In this document: piece after piece, positions 30,190 to 39,221 of the stretch
Layout of the letters: every line of letters starts with the position of its first letter
How positions within the stretch are numbered: position 1 is the first letter of the stretch
Virus record (IMG/VR): IMGVR_UViG_2554235123_000011
Direction: 5' to 3' (one strand)
Source of the DNA: a virus
Taxonomy: Duplodnaviria; Heunggongvirae; Uroviricota; Caudoviricetes
DNA length: 47,953 nt
Made by a program: the position numbers and the translations under genes
Notes under the pieces: model-generated
What the model saw: only the letters and a program-made list of their open reading frames with translations
Told to the model about the DNA's origin: nothing
Databases searched by the model: none

Positions 30190-30544
30190 GGAGTTTACTC
30201 ACATCTGACAAAATCAATATAAACAGCCCCTCCGGAGAGGGGCTGGAGAGTGGCGCTATGTGCCATTGCATGGTGCCGGGTGCCTCCCGGTGAATTCAGT
30301 ACCAGCACCTGAATCCGCGATTATCCCATATACCTACTCGCTGATTGCCCCTCCGCACAGGGGGATTCACCATGCCAGTTTCTTTTAACAAACTCCCCGC
30401 AAACCAGACAACAGTCAACCGCCTGAATTGTGAAGTATTTAAAAATTTCTCCCGCTAACTGATACCCGGCTAACAGTCTGGCGTTTTCTTTTTCAGCAAC
30501 GGGAAAGCAACAACCACCACACCCACCAGCCGCCCATTTACCAC

Positions 30545-30571
30545 AAATAAAAAAGCCTTCAGGACTGAAGG
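30545..30571 (-). terminator. Intrinsic terminator-like hairpin overlapping the stop of the 65-aa ORF
   Basis: Stem CCTTCA/TGAAGG followed by CTTTTTTATTT on the minus strand. Confidence 0.45.
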
Positions 30572-30756
30572 TGTCTGTAACAACCAAACTGATAGTCTGC
30601 CAGACCCGCCATAACAAGCTGGGTCAGTATTAACTGGCAGCGTTCGCGTGAAAGGTAAGTATTCTGTGCAATCTCCCTGACTGTCGCCGGGTCGGTAACG
30701 CTTAATTCATTAAACACCACTCTGGCGGCTTCTGTCATATCCTGCTGTTTTAGCAT
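30559..30756 (-). CDS. Small putative winged-helix DNA-binding protein (65 aa)
   Basis: MLKQQDMTEAARVVFNELSVTDPATVREIAQNTYLSRERCQLILTQLVMAGLADYQ...; helix-turn-helix-like pattern. Confidence 0.4.
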   Translation of the reverse strand: MLKQQDMTEAARVVFNELSVTDPATVREIAQNTYLSRERCQLILTQLVMAGLADYQFGCYRHLQS

Positions 30757-30880
30757 GTCTTTTTCCCTTTTCCGGTTAACGTGACATACCAATAACTCTT
30801 GTCGAAAAAGCCGGCAAGCTGAAAGACCCGTATTCGCAACCACCAGCGCGTTTACTGTACTGACGCGATTTTCGGACATA

Positions 30881-30910
30881 AAAAAAACCACCTGGCGGTG
30901 GTTTTTTCTT
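30881..30910. terminator. Bidirectional intrinsic terminator-like hairpin about 60 nt downstream of Q
   Basis: Stem ACCACC/GGTGGT with A-run upstream and T-run downstream. Confidence 0.5.
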
Positions 30911-30968
30911 ACTTTGCCATCACGTACAAAATCGGCAAAATATCAGATTTATACGAAACATACGCGAT

Positions 30969-31658
30969 TTAATTGACTTTTGCAATATCTCGTCGTGAAA
31001 AGGTCGCTTTTTGTTGCGCTCTTATTTTCACGGAGCAAATCAAGGATTCTCTATCGAGGCGCTTAAAAATATCGCACATCTCACGCCAGTAGTTCGCATA
31101 ATTATGGCTCCAGTTATCAGGCTTAACTCCACACAGTCTGGCAAGCTCCTGTCTCTGGTAGACCTCACACCCGGTAACCCATCCTCTGACATCCTGTGCC
31201 GCCAGCCAGATCAACTTCTTCACACGCTCCAGCGTTTTCACTGCAATTTTTCTGGAGCCGGACTGAGTTTTAAATTCACTCCACCCCCACTGCGTTATCG
31301 CGATCTGATGCTCCCAGCAAATGTTTCCGCCATAACACCACAACAACCACGCCTTCTGATGTTCTTCCAGTTCCAGAACAGCACGCCGCCACGATGATGT
31401 TGCAAACTCAACAGGACTGACCAGCGCAATTGATGAGCCTTTCGCCAGTGATTGTTTACCCTGGATCGGGGGATTATCCCGCGTGATCATTTTTCCGGTT
31501 ACCTCATCGCGGTAACGAATTTTTTTGCGTCTGTAACGCCCTGTATCGAACAGGGCATTTTCCTGCCAGGCTTCCAGCTGGCATTTTGTCGACCCACTGA
31601 GATCTGCAGTGGCAATCATGAGTTGCTCACGAACAAACTGTAAATACTGGTTATTCAT
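30969..31658 (-). CDS. Late-gene antiterminator Q (~229 aa)
   Basis: Position between rusA and the lysis cassette; not lambda-Q-like in sequence; SD GAGGTGGG before ATG. Confidence 0.6.
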   Translation of the reverse strand: MNNQYLQFVREQLMIATADLSGSTKCQLEAWQENALFDTGRYRRKKIRYRDEVTGKMITRDNPPIQGKQSLAKGSSIALVSPVEFATSSWRRAVLELEEHQKAWLLWCYGGNICWEHQIAITQWGWSEFKTQSGSRKIAVKTLERVKKLIWLAAQDVRGWVTGCEVYQRQELARLCGVKPDNWSHNYANYWREMCDIFKRLDRESLICSVKIRAQQKATFSRRDIAKVN

Positions 31659-32019
31659 GCACACCCACCTCTGTAATTCTTATCTCCAGCCGTCCACCAG
31701 ATACTGGCTGGCCACGTACAATATTGATTTCATCAAACTGCTCATCGTCCATTAACAACCCCGCGTGCGTCAGCGCATCCAGTGGTGCTTTCAGAATATT
31801 GTCCAGGTCACGACGACGCTTATCCGGTGGCTCTGCAATAATTTTTATTGCCAGCCGTCCGGACAGGCTTAATTTCAGTCGCTGCTGGCGAACAATAAGC
31901 GCCACTGCCCGGCGATAACGCTCCCCGGCTTTTGATACAAAATATGTGCTGCCACGGCGTCGCCAGTAAGTGTTCACCGTCGGCGAGTAAGGCAAAACAA
32001 ATTCTATGCGTTCGGTCAT
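31651..32019 (-). CDS. rusA: Holliday junction resolvase RusA (122 aa)
   Basis: ...PPDKRRRDLDNILKAPLDALTHAGLLMDDEQ...GGRLEIRITE matches the RusA catalytic region. Confidence 0.9.
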   Translation of the reverse strand: MTERIEFVLPYSPTVNTYWRRRGSTYFVSKAGERYRRAVALIVRQQRLKLSLSGRLAIKIIAEPPDKRRRDLDNILKAPLDALTHAGLLMDDEQFDEINIVRGQPVSGGRLEIRITEVGVHE

Positions 32020-33078
32020 TTATGCTTTCCACTTCAGAACACCCGAATTTCTCGCGTGCATTAAAAAACGAATCAGCAACAACAACTGACTACCGTGTTT
32101 TTCTTCAAAATCTTTTACCCCGGCGTGTAGTTCGTTATGGCATTTACGACACAGCGGAATAACAAACAAATCGTCAGCCTTTGTTCCCATCCCTCCCAGT
32201 CCATGACCAATGATGTGATGCGGATCATCTGCCTGATTGCCACACGTCATGCATTTCTGCGTTTTTACCCAGCGCGTGTATACAGGCATCTCTTCCCGTT
32301 GTGGTTTCTGGCGCTGGAGATACTGAGCCGGAGATTCCGGATCAACGGCAATGCTGACCACCGTCTTTTCCTGTGGTGGGTTCTGTTGCTGGTGGGCGTG
32401 AGGCAGCGGCGCAAGATTTTTTGTGCGCTGTTTCAGTATGCTGGTGGCGGTCTGCTCTCCCGGTACGATGTCGCTTTCACGGTACATTGAGCGGATTTTT
32501 TCCGCACGCAACCCCAGCGAACGACGTAATACCGCTTCCGGTAGCGCGTCCGCCACCTGATTGCGGACCGCCCACCAGGATAATTCAGCCAGCGATAATT
32601 CCCGTTCCTGCGAGCCATTCATTGCATGGCGTATGACGTCAATCATCCATGCAGACAGGTTTTGGTGAGCAAGTTGCCCGAGTGATTCGGAGGTCTGGTC
32701 GCGCAGCTGGTTGTCGCAGTGCCAGCACAACACCATTGCGCCGGTACCATAACGGTGAATGACGGTTTCACTGTGGTGATAATCGCCGTGTGGCCACTGG
32801 CAGGATTTAACATGGCGCAGTAACCAGTCAGACAATGCGCCAGCGCCACCAGCAGCACGAATCACTCGTTCGTCGCTGAAAAATGGCAGTAATGATTTAT
32901 CCTCCGCCAGCGGCTGGCGAACGGCAGGAACGACCCCGGACGACAGATTACGCATGCTTTTCGGTTCCGGCTCCACCAGTACCCGGGTATTGTGGAATAC
33001 CGGCATGGATTCACGGCCCGGTTTTAGCACCACCAGCCCAAGTTCCGGTACCAGAACAGGTCGAAGTAATACCCGCAC
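32020..33078 (-). CDS. DUF968-like nin-region protein with C-terminal HNH-like Cys/His motif (352 aa)
   Basis: C-terminal CMTCGNQADDPHHIIGHGLGG...PLCRKCHNELH; resembles YdfU-type prophage proteins. Confidence 0.65.
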   Translation of the reverse strand: MRVLLRPVLVPELGLVVLKPGRESMPVFHNTRVLVEPEPKSMRNLSSGVVPAVRQPLAEDKSLLPFFSDERVIRAAGGAGALSDWLLRHVKSCQWPHGDYHHSETVIHRYGTGAMVLCWHCDNQLRDQTSESLGQLAHQNLSAWMIDVIRHAMNGSQERELSLAELSWWAVRNQVADALPEAVLRRSLGLRAEKIRSMYRESDIVPGEQTATSILKQRTKNLAPLPHAHQQQNPPQEKTVVSIAVDPESPAQYLQRQKPQREEMPVYTRWVKTQKCMTCGNQADDPHHIIGHGLGGMGTKADDLFVIPLCRKCHNELHAGVKDFEEKHGSQLLLLIRFLMHARNSGVLKWKA

Positions 33079-33079
33079 G

Positions 33080-33358
33080 TTACCTCCAGATGCGTTGCTG
33101 GAATGTGCGGGACGGACGCGGTGGCCGTTCGGAGTAAGGGAGCCTGACGGAGATTATCCAGTGACGATAATCGAGGCTGAGGGCTTTCTTAATCTCGTAT
33201 CCGTGTCTGCGGTAGCACTGAATTAGCCACTCGGCCTGTTCTTCAGTGCATGGGGGATGCTGGTACCAGTCTGACTTAAATGCATGAGAATACCGCTCGT
33301 GCGTGTGGGCAAGAACGGTCGAATTATCATGATTGTAATATTTTGCGTTGCGTGCCAT
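33080..33358 (-). CDS. Hypothetical protein (92 aa)
   Basis: ORF tightly coupled to the downstream gene (TAA-C-GTG). Confidence 0.45.
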   Translation of the reverse strand: MARNAKYYNHDNSTVLAHTHERYSHAFKSDWYQHPPCTEEQAEWLIQCYRRHGYEIKKALSLDYRHWIISVRLPYSERPPRPSRTFQQRIWR

Positions 33359-33424
33359 CGGTTTTCTCCGGTGGCACGGTGTTACTCAGCGGGAGTTCAG
33401 CCCCGCGCAAGATTGTAGATGAGT

Positions 33425-33676
33425 TTATTCTTCTGAAAAAGCAGAAAAGCCAGCTTTTATTCCGATCTCTTTCAATGCCTGTAATGAAGTGACAAACTCA
33501 CCGTCGTGCAAGATAAATCCGTCCGTCACTCGGGCATCCACAAAATTAATTAACGCAGCCCCATTTTTTTGCAAACACACAATGCGGTAATGGCTAACAA
33601 TATTTCCATTTTCAACGCACACAGCATAGAGGCCATCTTCACAAAAAATTTTACGCAGTTCTTCGATGTTCATCAT
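33425..33676 (-). CDS. Small protein in the position of Qin rem (83 aa)
   Basis: 83-aa ORF between the hok locus and the DUF968 gene, as in the Qin arrangement quuQ-ydfU-rem-hokD. Confidence 0.5.
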   Translation of the reverse strand: MMNIEELRKIFCEDGLYAVCVENGNIVSHYRIVCLQKNGAALINFVDARVTDGFILHDGEFVTSLQALKEIGIKAGFSAFSEE

Positions 33677-33794
33677 CAGAATCCTTCCGGATAATTAGCT
33701 CTCCCCTTTAAGGGACCATCCCTCTTATCCCTGCGCGCTACTTAAGTATTTTTGATTCTATTCCGGCACCGTCCAGAACTTCAAATGCGTTGAA

Positions 33795-33824
33795 AATAAA
33801 AACAAAAACCCGCCGAAGCGGGTT
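33795..33824 (-). terminator. hok mRNA intrinsic terminator
   Basis: Stem AACCCGC/GCGGGTT with 4-nt loop, followed on the minus strand by TTTTTGTTTTTATTTT. Confidence 0.6.
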
Positions 33825-33892
33825 AAGTGCGGGTGCGTTGAGGATGCCTGCCACATCAGAGGTGGCGAGGGATTTCTCCCTCGCCTGGTCTC

Positions 33893-34048
33893 TTACTCCT
33901 CAGGTTCGTAAGCTGTGAAGACAGCGACCTCCGTCTGGCCGGTTCGGATTCGTACCTCGCAGAGGTCTTTCCTCGTTACCAGTGCCGTCACTATGACGGT
34001 TAAACAGATGACGATCAGGGCGATTAACATCGCCTTTTGCTGCTTCAT
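33893..34048 (-). CDS. hokD: Hok/Gef-family type I toxin (51 aa)
   Basis: MKQQKAMLIALIVICLTVIVTALVTRKDLCEVRIRTGQTEVAVFTAYEPEE, as remembered for HokD/RelF. Confidence 0.85.
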   Translation of the reverse strand: MKQQKAMLIALIVICLTVIVTALVTRKDLCEVRIRTGQTEVAVFTAYEPEE

Positions 34049-34309
34049 AGCCTGCTTCTCCTTGACCTTTCGGCCCGTAAGAGGCTAACCTACATGTGTC
34101 TAGCATGAAATATGGCCTCAGATTAATGTTAAGCGTCTTGCAGGACGCGTAATGTTAACTGGGGCTTTTCTCTATCTGCCTTTTGGTGTTCATGCCTGAG
34201 ACAGATAGCCTCAAGCACCCGCAGTTATTCTACTTAACTAAGATTTCCCCGCAAACCGTTTTTGTCCGGCACAGTAAATATCCAACTAAACCAATGGCGT
34301 TCGCTGTAT

Positions 34310-34489
34310 TTACCGCCAGTATTCAATGCACATGACCGCCATGAACACCCCTAAAAAAAGGGCATTTATATGTCCAAACATTAATATCAAAACATCAATT
34401 TTTTCCATATACCTTGCTGTGAAGATGATGGGCATACATGATGCGAACAACCAGAACGCAACAAACAAAAACTGCAATGCGTTTTTCAT
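34310..34489 (-). CDS. Small membrane protein (59 aa, two predicted TM helices), AT-rich
   Basis: SD GGGGGA before ATG 34489; MKNALQFLFVAFWLFASCMPIIFTARYMEKIDVLILMFGHINALFLGVFMAVMCIEYWR. Confidence 0.4.
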   Translation of the reverse strand: MKNALQFLFVAFWLFASCMPIIFTARYMEKIDVLILMFGHINALFLGVFMAVMCIEYWR

Positions 34490-34609
34490 TATTCCCCCTA
34501 CAATCAATGTGCAATAACATTTAAACACACCTCAATTTGGCCGGACATATAAATATCTAAACCAGAAAAAATCACTTACATAGCGTTACAAACTCTTTAG
34601 TCTAAATAT

Positions 34610-35596
34610 TCATCGTAAAACATCCTCCACGCTTATCAGTCCATTTCGTTTCAGGTAATCCATCGCCTTCTCCGGTAATTTGCAGTCCGGCTGAGCTTTT
34701 TTCAGTTGACTGACCAGTCGTTTAACCCACATTGTTAATTCGCTAACCTGGTTACCTAGCGCTGGCGACGCTACTGTCTGTTCCAGAACGTCATCAGGTA
34801 CTACCGGCTCTACTGCCAACTGACTGGCATATTTGTTAATGGTAACGATAAGCTCTTGCTCGGCCTCATCCAGACAATCACCGATACCTCGCCTGTCACC
34901 GTCAAAATCATCGAAATCGGCGCGAATCCTGGCAACCTCCCGGATTGCGGACAACACCTCACCAGGAATTACCGGAGAGTTGCCCGATAGTGCATTCTGC
35001 TCCAGTGATGCCTTTACAAACCACGCGGCCTGAACTATTACGCCATGAATCCAGCGCAAATCAGCATCGCGATCTTTCTTTTTCATCTTTTCGCCACTTA
35101 AAGCCTGGCTTATGTGGCTACGTACAAGGTCTTCATGTAACACCTTCGCATCCTCAATGGTGAAACCACCAGGCAGGCGAGCCGGGGTTACATGAGGGTT
35201 GCCTTCCCCCTGACTCTGAAGCATGGCGGCGCGGTAGGCATTCCAGCCTCTCACCTCTGCAATAGCGGCAACATCATCGACCGCGTACATTTTAAGAGGG
35301 TTAGGCATTGGTTTTTCTTCAGATACTACTGGCACTGGAGGGGCGGCATAAACAGGAATAACGTCCGCTTGCTCTTTATTGCTTTCATCCGTTAAAGCCC
35401 AGAATAATTTCCCGGCCGGATGTTTGAAAATATAAGCAACTGGTTCTGCGCTATCAGCTTCGCGCCGCTTCTGTAGCTCTGCTGCCATTGCGCTCACGAC
35501 TTCAACTGGTGCCCTTGCAGCAAACTCTATGTTGGTGATAAGCTCATTAAGATATTGCTCGCTGGGATACTGTTTCTTATTGGTAATAGTGGTCAT
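34610..35596 (-). CDS. Hypothetical protein (328 aa); N-terminal region paralogous to the 135-aa protein at 35960..36367
   Basis: Shares the motif AAPPVPVVSEE and preceding pattern with the 135-aa ORF; start overlaps the HNH stop. Confidence 0.55.
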   Translation of the reverse strand: MTTITNKKQYPSEQYLNELITNIEFAARAPVEVVSAMAAELQKRREADSAEPVAYIFKHPAGKLFWALTDESNKEQADVIPVYAAPPVPVVSEEKPMPNPLKMYAVDDVAAIAEVRGWNAYRAAMLQSQGEGNPHVTPARLPGGFTIEDAKVLHEDLVRSHISQALSGEKMKKKDRDADLRWIHGVIVQAAWFVKASLEQNALSGNSPVIPGEVLSAIREVARIRADFDDFDGDRRGIGDCLDEAEQELIVTINKYASQLAVEPVVPDDVLEQTVASPALGNQVSELTMWVKRLVSQLKKAQPDCKLPEKAMDYLKRNGLISVEDVLR

Positions 35597-35958
35597 GCTG
35601 TAGCCCCTTCTTGATATTTTTCAAACCAGAACACAACCGGGTCAGATTTCATTTCAACCAATCCCATACGAACCAGCGCTTTGCCTTTCCCGGACGCAAG
35701 GAATTCACGACGACCATCACTGATAATTCGCCGATAGTCTTCCAGGCTACTGCAATGCTTGTGCAGATTGCATGGGTGGCATGCCGGAACCATGTTGGAT
35801 ATATCGTCACGTTCCTGGTGAAGCATATTTCCATTAAAACGAATGACCGGTTTTACATGGTCTGCATGCCACTTTTCGCCAAGTTCACAGCCGCAATAAG
35901 CACAGCGACCGCCAAACTTCATGCGCAATTCTGCACGTTGTTTTTTCGTCAGTGCCAT
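35593..35958 (-). CDS. HNH endonuclease (121 aa)
   Basis: CAYCGCEL...HADHVKPV...NMVPACHPCNLHK HNH motif. Confidence 0.8.
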   Translation of the reverse strand: MALTKKQRAELRMKFGGRCAYCGCELGEKWHADHVKPVIRFNGNMLHQERDDISNMVPACHPCNLHKHCSSLEDYRRIISDGRREFLASGKGKALVRMGLVEMKSDPVVFWFEKYQEGATA

Positions 35959-35959
35959 A

Positions 35960-36367
35960 TCAGTCTCCTTTGATGCCAGTGTTTACAACCTGGCAGGCCT
36001 CTTTGAGCACCCAGTCAACAGCGTCTTTCCATGCTCCGGTTTCGACTGGCGGATTTTCACGCTTAACCTTTTCATAGAAGCGCACGGCTTTAACCAGTTC
36101 TTCAGACACAACCGGCACAGGTGGAGCTGCGAATAGTGGTTTAGGTGATATCTCCGCACGTTTTGCGTATGCTTCAACTGTGTCAGGATTAAACAGGATT
36201 ATGTTTTCGCCGCATTTCCACGCTATCGGTTCCGCTTCTAGCGATGCCAGTGCAATTTTGAATAACTCACCCTCTACCCGTGCCATCCCTGAATTCGTGT
36301 GGCATTTCGCAATCGCTATTTTTAATTTGGCTTCTTCGATTAATTGCTCTTTTGTTAATTCAGTCAT
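35960..36367 (-). CDS. Hypothetical protein (135 aa), paralogous to the N-terminus of the 328-aa ORF
   Basis: Shared AAPPVPVVSEE motif. Confidence 0.5.
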   Translation of the reverse strand: MTELTKEQLIEEAKLKIAIAKCHTNSGMARVEGELFKIALASLEAEPIAWKCGENIILFNPDTVEAYAKRAEISPKPLFAAPPVPVVSEELVKAVRFYEKVKRENPPVETGAWKDAVDWVLKEACQVVNTGIKGD

Positions 36368-36462
36368 TTTTCATTACCGCCCTTTCGGGCGGCCTCCTGA
36401 TGTTCTGAGGGTGCAGAAATCCCTCCGGTTAAGGATAAAATTTTTAACAGTGCTAAATTTAA

Positions 36463-36819
36463 TTATTCAGTTCTGGATTTTGTCGCCCTGCATATCCGCG
36501 CTTTCGCGTTACGCTCAATCTGAATTAACTTTTCTATATTTTTCCGCCTTTCCTGTTCCTCCTGGCGCAATAGCCTTACATCATCTGCCAGTCTGGTTTC
36601 TCTTTTCGCCACAGAGAGCATCCAGTCAAACGGCTCCACAACTGCACCGCAGATTTTACAGCGGACCTGACGCTCTTTTTCGTCAACCCGAACAGAGGCG
36701 TGATGACAATATGGTCTTTCCGATGACTCATAAAGAAAATTAACCTGATTACGAGGGTCATCCTCTTTTACCGGAAATAAAACGATATTGCTTAACTCAT
36801 CCTCTGGTTTTATTTCCAT
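36463..36819 (-). CDS. Hypothetical protein with zinc-ribbon-like motif (118 aa)
   Basis: CHH...CKICG Cys/His cluster. Confidence 0.45.
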   Translation of the reverse strand: MEIKPEDELSNIVLFPVKEDDPRNQVNFLYESSERPYCHHASVRVDEKERQVRCKICGAVVEPFDWMLSVAKRETRLADDVRLLRQEEQERRKNIEKLIQIERNAKARICRATKSRTE

Positions 36820-37258
36820 GCTCCTCTCCTTTGATGCGAATGCCAGCGACGCGTAATGCGTGTTCTAGGTCAATCAGGTAAAGCCAACTGCCATTTTCTT
36901 TAGGTATCATGACATGTCGCTCATCTGCATTTATCGGATGTCCATATCGAAGGTCGTAGCGAGTCGGTAATTGAACTTCCCGCGCTTCCAGTTCAGCAAT
37001 ACGCTTACTCCCATCAGAGATAACGCCTTCGTAATACTCACGCTGCTCGTTGAGTTGTGATTTTGCTTCTTCCAGTCCATCCAGCAAATCAGCGATAATA
37101 TCCGCTTCCCGATGACGGATGTGACGCTTAAACGCAGCAAGAGCCGCATCACAATCCCGTTCAGCATTTGGGCTGTCCGGGATAGCCTGATACCACGCCA
37201 GCGTCGACTGATAGTTTTGTGCTGCCTCACGAAGCGCCTCATAGTTAACCTCTCTCAT
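36797..37258 (-). CDS. Hypothetical protein (153 aa)
   Basis: ORF in operon context. Confidence 0.45.
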   Translation of the reverse strand: MREVNYEALREAAQNYQSTLAWYQAIPDSPNAERDCDAALAAFKRHIRHREADIIADLLDGLEEAKSQLNEQREYYEGVISDGSKRIAELEAREVQLPTRYDLRYGHPINADERHVMIPKENGSWLYLIDLEHALRVAGIRIKGEEHGNKTRG

Positions 37259-37551
37259 TGAGCCACCTCCTGATAAATCACCGCATGCCCCAGTTTCTCC
37301 GCCAGTGCCAGCTCTGCCTTAGCGCCCGCTGACCGCTGCCAGCCATTCAGCATGTAAATCGCATCCACACAACGAATCATTGCCATGCAAATATCCATGT
37401 AGTGCGGCTGTGTCAGCCCGTCCGGAAGTACTGCCGGGTTTAAGACGGTATGCCCTTCCCGTTTCAGTTCCTCTTCCGCCTTGTGAAACGCCTCACGGTT
37501 GAAATTTTCATATCCCGTCATTGGACCGGCAATATAAACTCTCACCCTCAC
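37255..37551 (-). CDS. DUF4406-like (nucleoside 2-deoxyribosyltransferase-like fold) protein, GTG start
   Basis: VRVYIAGPMTGYENFN... typical of the family; GTG start overlaps the upstream stop (GTGA) with SD GGAG. Confidence 0.6.
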   Translation of the reverse strand: MRVRVYIAGPMTGYENFNREAFHKAEEELKREGHTVLNPAVLPDGLTQPHYMDICMAMIRCVDAIYMLNGWQRSAGAKAELALAEKLGHAVIYQEVAQ

Positions 37552-37940
37552 TCCATCACCTCCTGAAAGTTTCCCCGATAGAACGCCAGCACACGCTGCA
37601 TGACTTCGCTCTGGCGGCACTCACGACAAATTATGTTCTGCCGTCTGTTGTAACGACGTATTTCTCCGTCAGGTAACTTTCGAATCAGTGTCGGGTCAGC
37701 AGCCTTCTCCGGTGTCTTACGCCATACGCGATACGCCTGCTCTGATGGAAATACCCCGCAACCAGAGAGCCAGACATCACCACTGGCCGCAAGCGCACCA
37801 GATAAACGACGAATAGCGGTCTTACTGACACCCGTTTTATCTGCCAGTTGTCGAAAAGTTTCTCGTCCGCTCAGGCGCACGAATTCCACAATGCGCGCCT
37901 TCACTTCTTCCCGCTCTTCTGGTGTAAATACTTTTGCCAT
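37548..37940 (-). CDS. HTH DNA-binding protein (~130 aa)
   Basis: SD GGAGG before ATG 37940; ...FRQLADKTGVSKTAIRRL... HTH. Confidence 0.5.
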   Translation of the reverse strand: MAKVFTPEEREEVKARIVEFVRLSGRETFRQLADKTGVSKTAIRRLSGALAASGDVWLSGCGVFPSEQAYRVWRKTPEKAADPTLIRKLPDGEIRRYNRRQNIICRECRQSEVMQRVLAFYRGNFQEVME

Positions 37941-37955
37941 AAGCGCCTCCGGCAA

Positions 37956-38744
37956 TCACTTTTCCGATACAACACGGCGGGAAGAATCACTAATCTGTCG
38001 AACAATATCCCGGTGCTTGTTCAGCTCCCGCAGCGCGGCGCAGACTCGCTCCCACTTCTGAACATCACTTTTCGCCCTGCGCAGCGCCAGGTTTGCCCTG
38101 CGAAGGGACGGAAAAATCAGCTCATCTGCTTGCGTTTCGGTAAACGATGGCAACGGCTGCACAATGTCCGCCACAGTTTCTGTTTTAATTTCTTCCTGTG
38201 TTGCGGCTTCCCGGACTGGTAACGCAGCACCTGCTGGCTGAGGAAAGGCCTTACCATCACTTTCCGTTACCAGCGCGGCTTTCGGCTCTGCTGGTAAATT
38301 ATCGCCCGGCATGCAGTAACGAAATTTACCGTTCTGATTAACGCGTGCCAGCCGCCCCGTTGCGGTTACCACCGCCAGCGTGGAGGCAACCTTGCGAGTA
38401 CTGACGCCGAACTTACCCGCCAGTTCCTCACACGTTTTAGCACCATCCTGACCGATAAACTCAATCATCATGTCTGCGGTAACTTTTTGTTCGACCTCCC
38501 CGGTCAGCATATCCTGTGCTTCAGATTTTACTGGCCGCTCTTCGGTTACCCGGGATTCACCTTCGCCAGCCAGAAACCAGGTGTGACCAGTTTTATCAAC
38601 GACGCCATTTCTTTTGAGTTCCCACAGCTCGTTGAGAACCTCTTCACGACTGATATCAAGTCGCGCGGCCAGTTCTACCGATGTGGCTTTTCCCATTGCT
38701 TTCAGTGCGTCAAATACGGTTTCCATTAAAATTTCCTCCGACAA
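37956..38744 (-). CDS. Hypothetical protein with two winged-helix-like regions (262 aa)
   Basis: Two wHTH-like segments; downstream of the P-like gene. Confidence 0.5.
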   Translation of the reverse strand: MSEEILMETVFDALKAMGKATSVELAARLDISREEVLNELWELKRNGVVDKTGHTWFLAGEGESRVTEERPVKSEAQDMLTGEVEQKVTADMMIEFIGQDGAKTCEELAGKFGVSTRKVASTLAVVTATGRLARVNQNGKFRYCMPGDNLPAEPKAALVTESDGKAFPQPAGAALPVREAATQEEIKTETVADIVQPLPSFTETQADELIFPSLRRANLALRRAKSDVQKWERVCAALRELNKHRDIVRQISDSSRRVVSEK

Positions 38745-38759
38745 AATCGTTTCTCAGAT

Positions 38760-39221
38760 TCAAATAAAACCAGCTGCCTTCCGGCGTTCGTATTCCTGTT
38801 TCAGCCGTTCAATTGGCGTTGGCCCTTGCGGGTGTTTCGCCCCTTCCAGTTGTCGTCGCACTGGCGGAACACTCATCCCGTTACCAACATGCTTTGCCCA
38901 TTTCGTCAGTTGCCGTTCTGCAAGTCGTTTTAACTCACCCTGCGTCATCTGGCGCTCAATCCCTCTGGTACGCATTTCGAGGCAGATGTGGTACAGCACA
39001 GGCTGAGGCCACGGATATTTGTCGCTTCCGTCATATCGCCAGGACTCATCACGCCAGCGGCGGTACTCCTCCATCACAGCATCCACCGTCAGGCCAAATG
39101 GATTGGCCCCGCTTTCTGAAATCAGCGCCACAAACTCAGCCAGGTCCGGAGGCCATGTTTCACCCGCCCGGCAGCGGTCCATGCACTGGCGGCAGACCTG
39201 TCGGATTTGCTGCTCAGTCAT
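38760..39221 (-). CDS. Replication protein P-like (helicase loader); start uncertain, ORF open to 39425
   Basis: ...SDKYPWPQPVLYHICLEMRTRG... resembles the lambda P region; ATG 39221 lies 5 nt before the O stop. Confidence 0.5.
   Translation of the reverse strand: MTEQQIRQVCRQCMDRCRAGETWPPDLAEFVALISESGANPFGLTVDAVMEEYRRWRDESWRYDGSDKYPWPQPVLYHICLEMRTRGIERQMTQGELKRLAERQLTKWAKHVGNGMSVPPVRRQLEGAKHPQGPTPIERLKQEYERRKAAGFI

Noticed and set aside
30240-30330. tRNA-like fragment (…ttcaccgggaggcacccggcacca…) in the Q-S gap
   Set aside because: Only about 40 nt with a CCA-like end; no canonical T-loop, D-arm or full acceptor stem could be drawn, so not called as a tRNA
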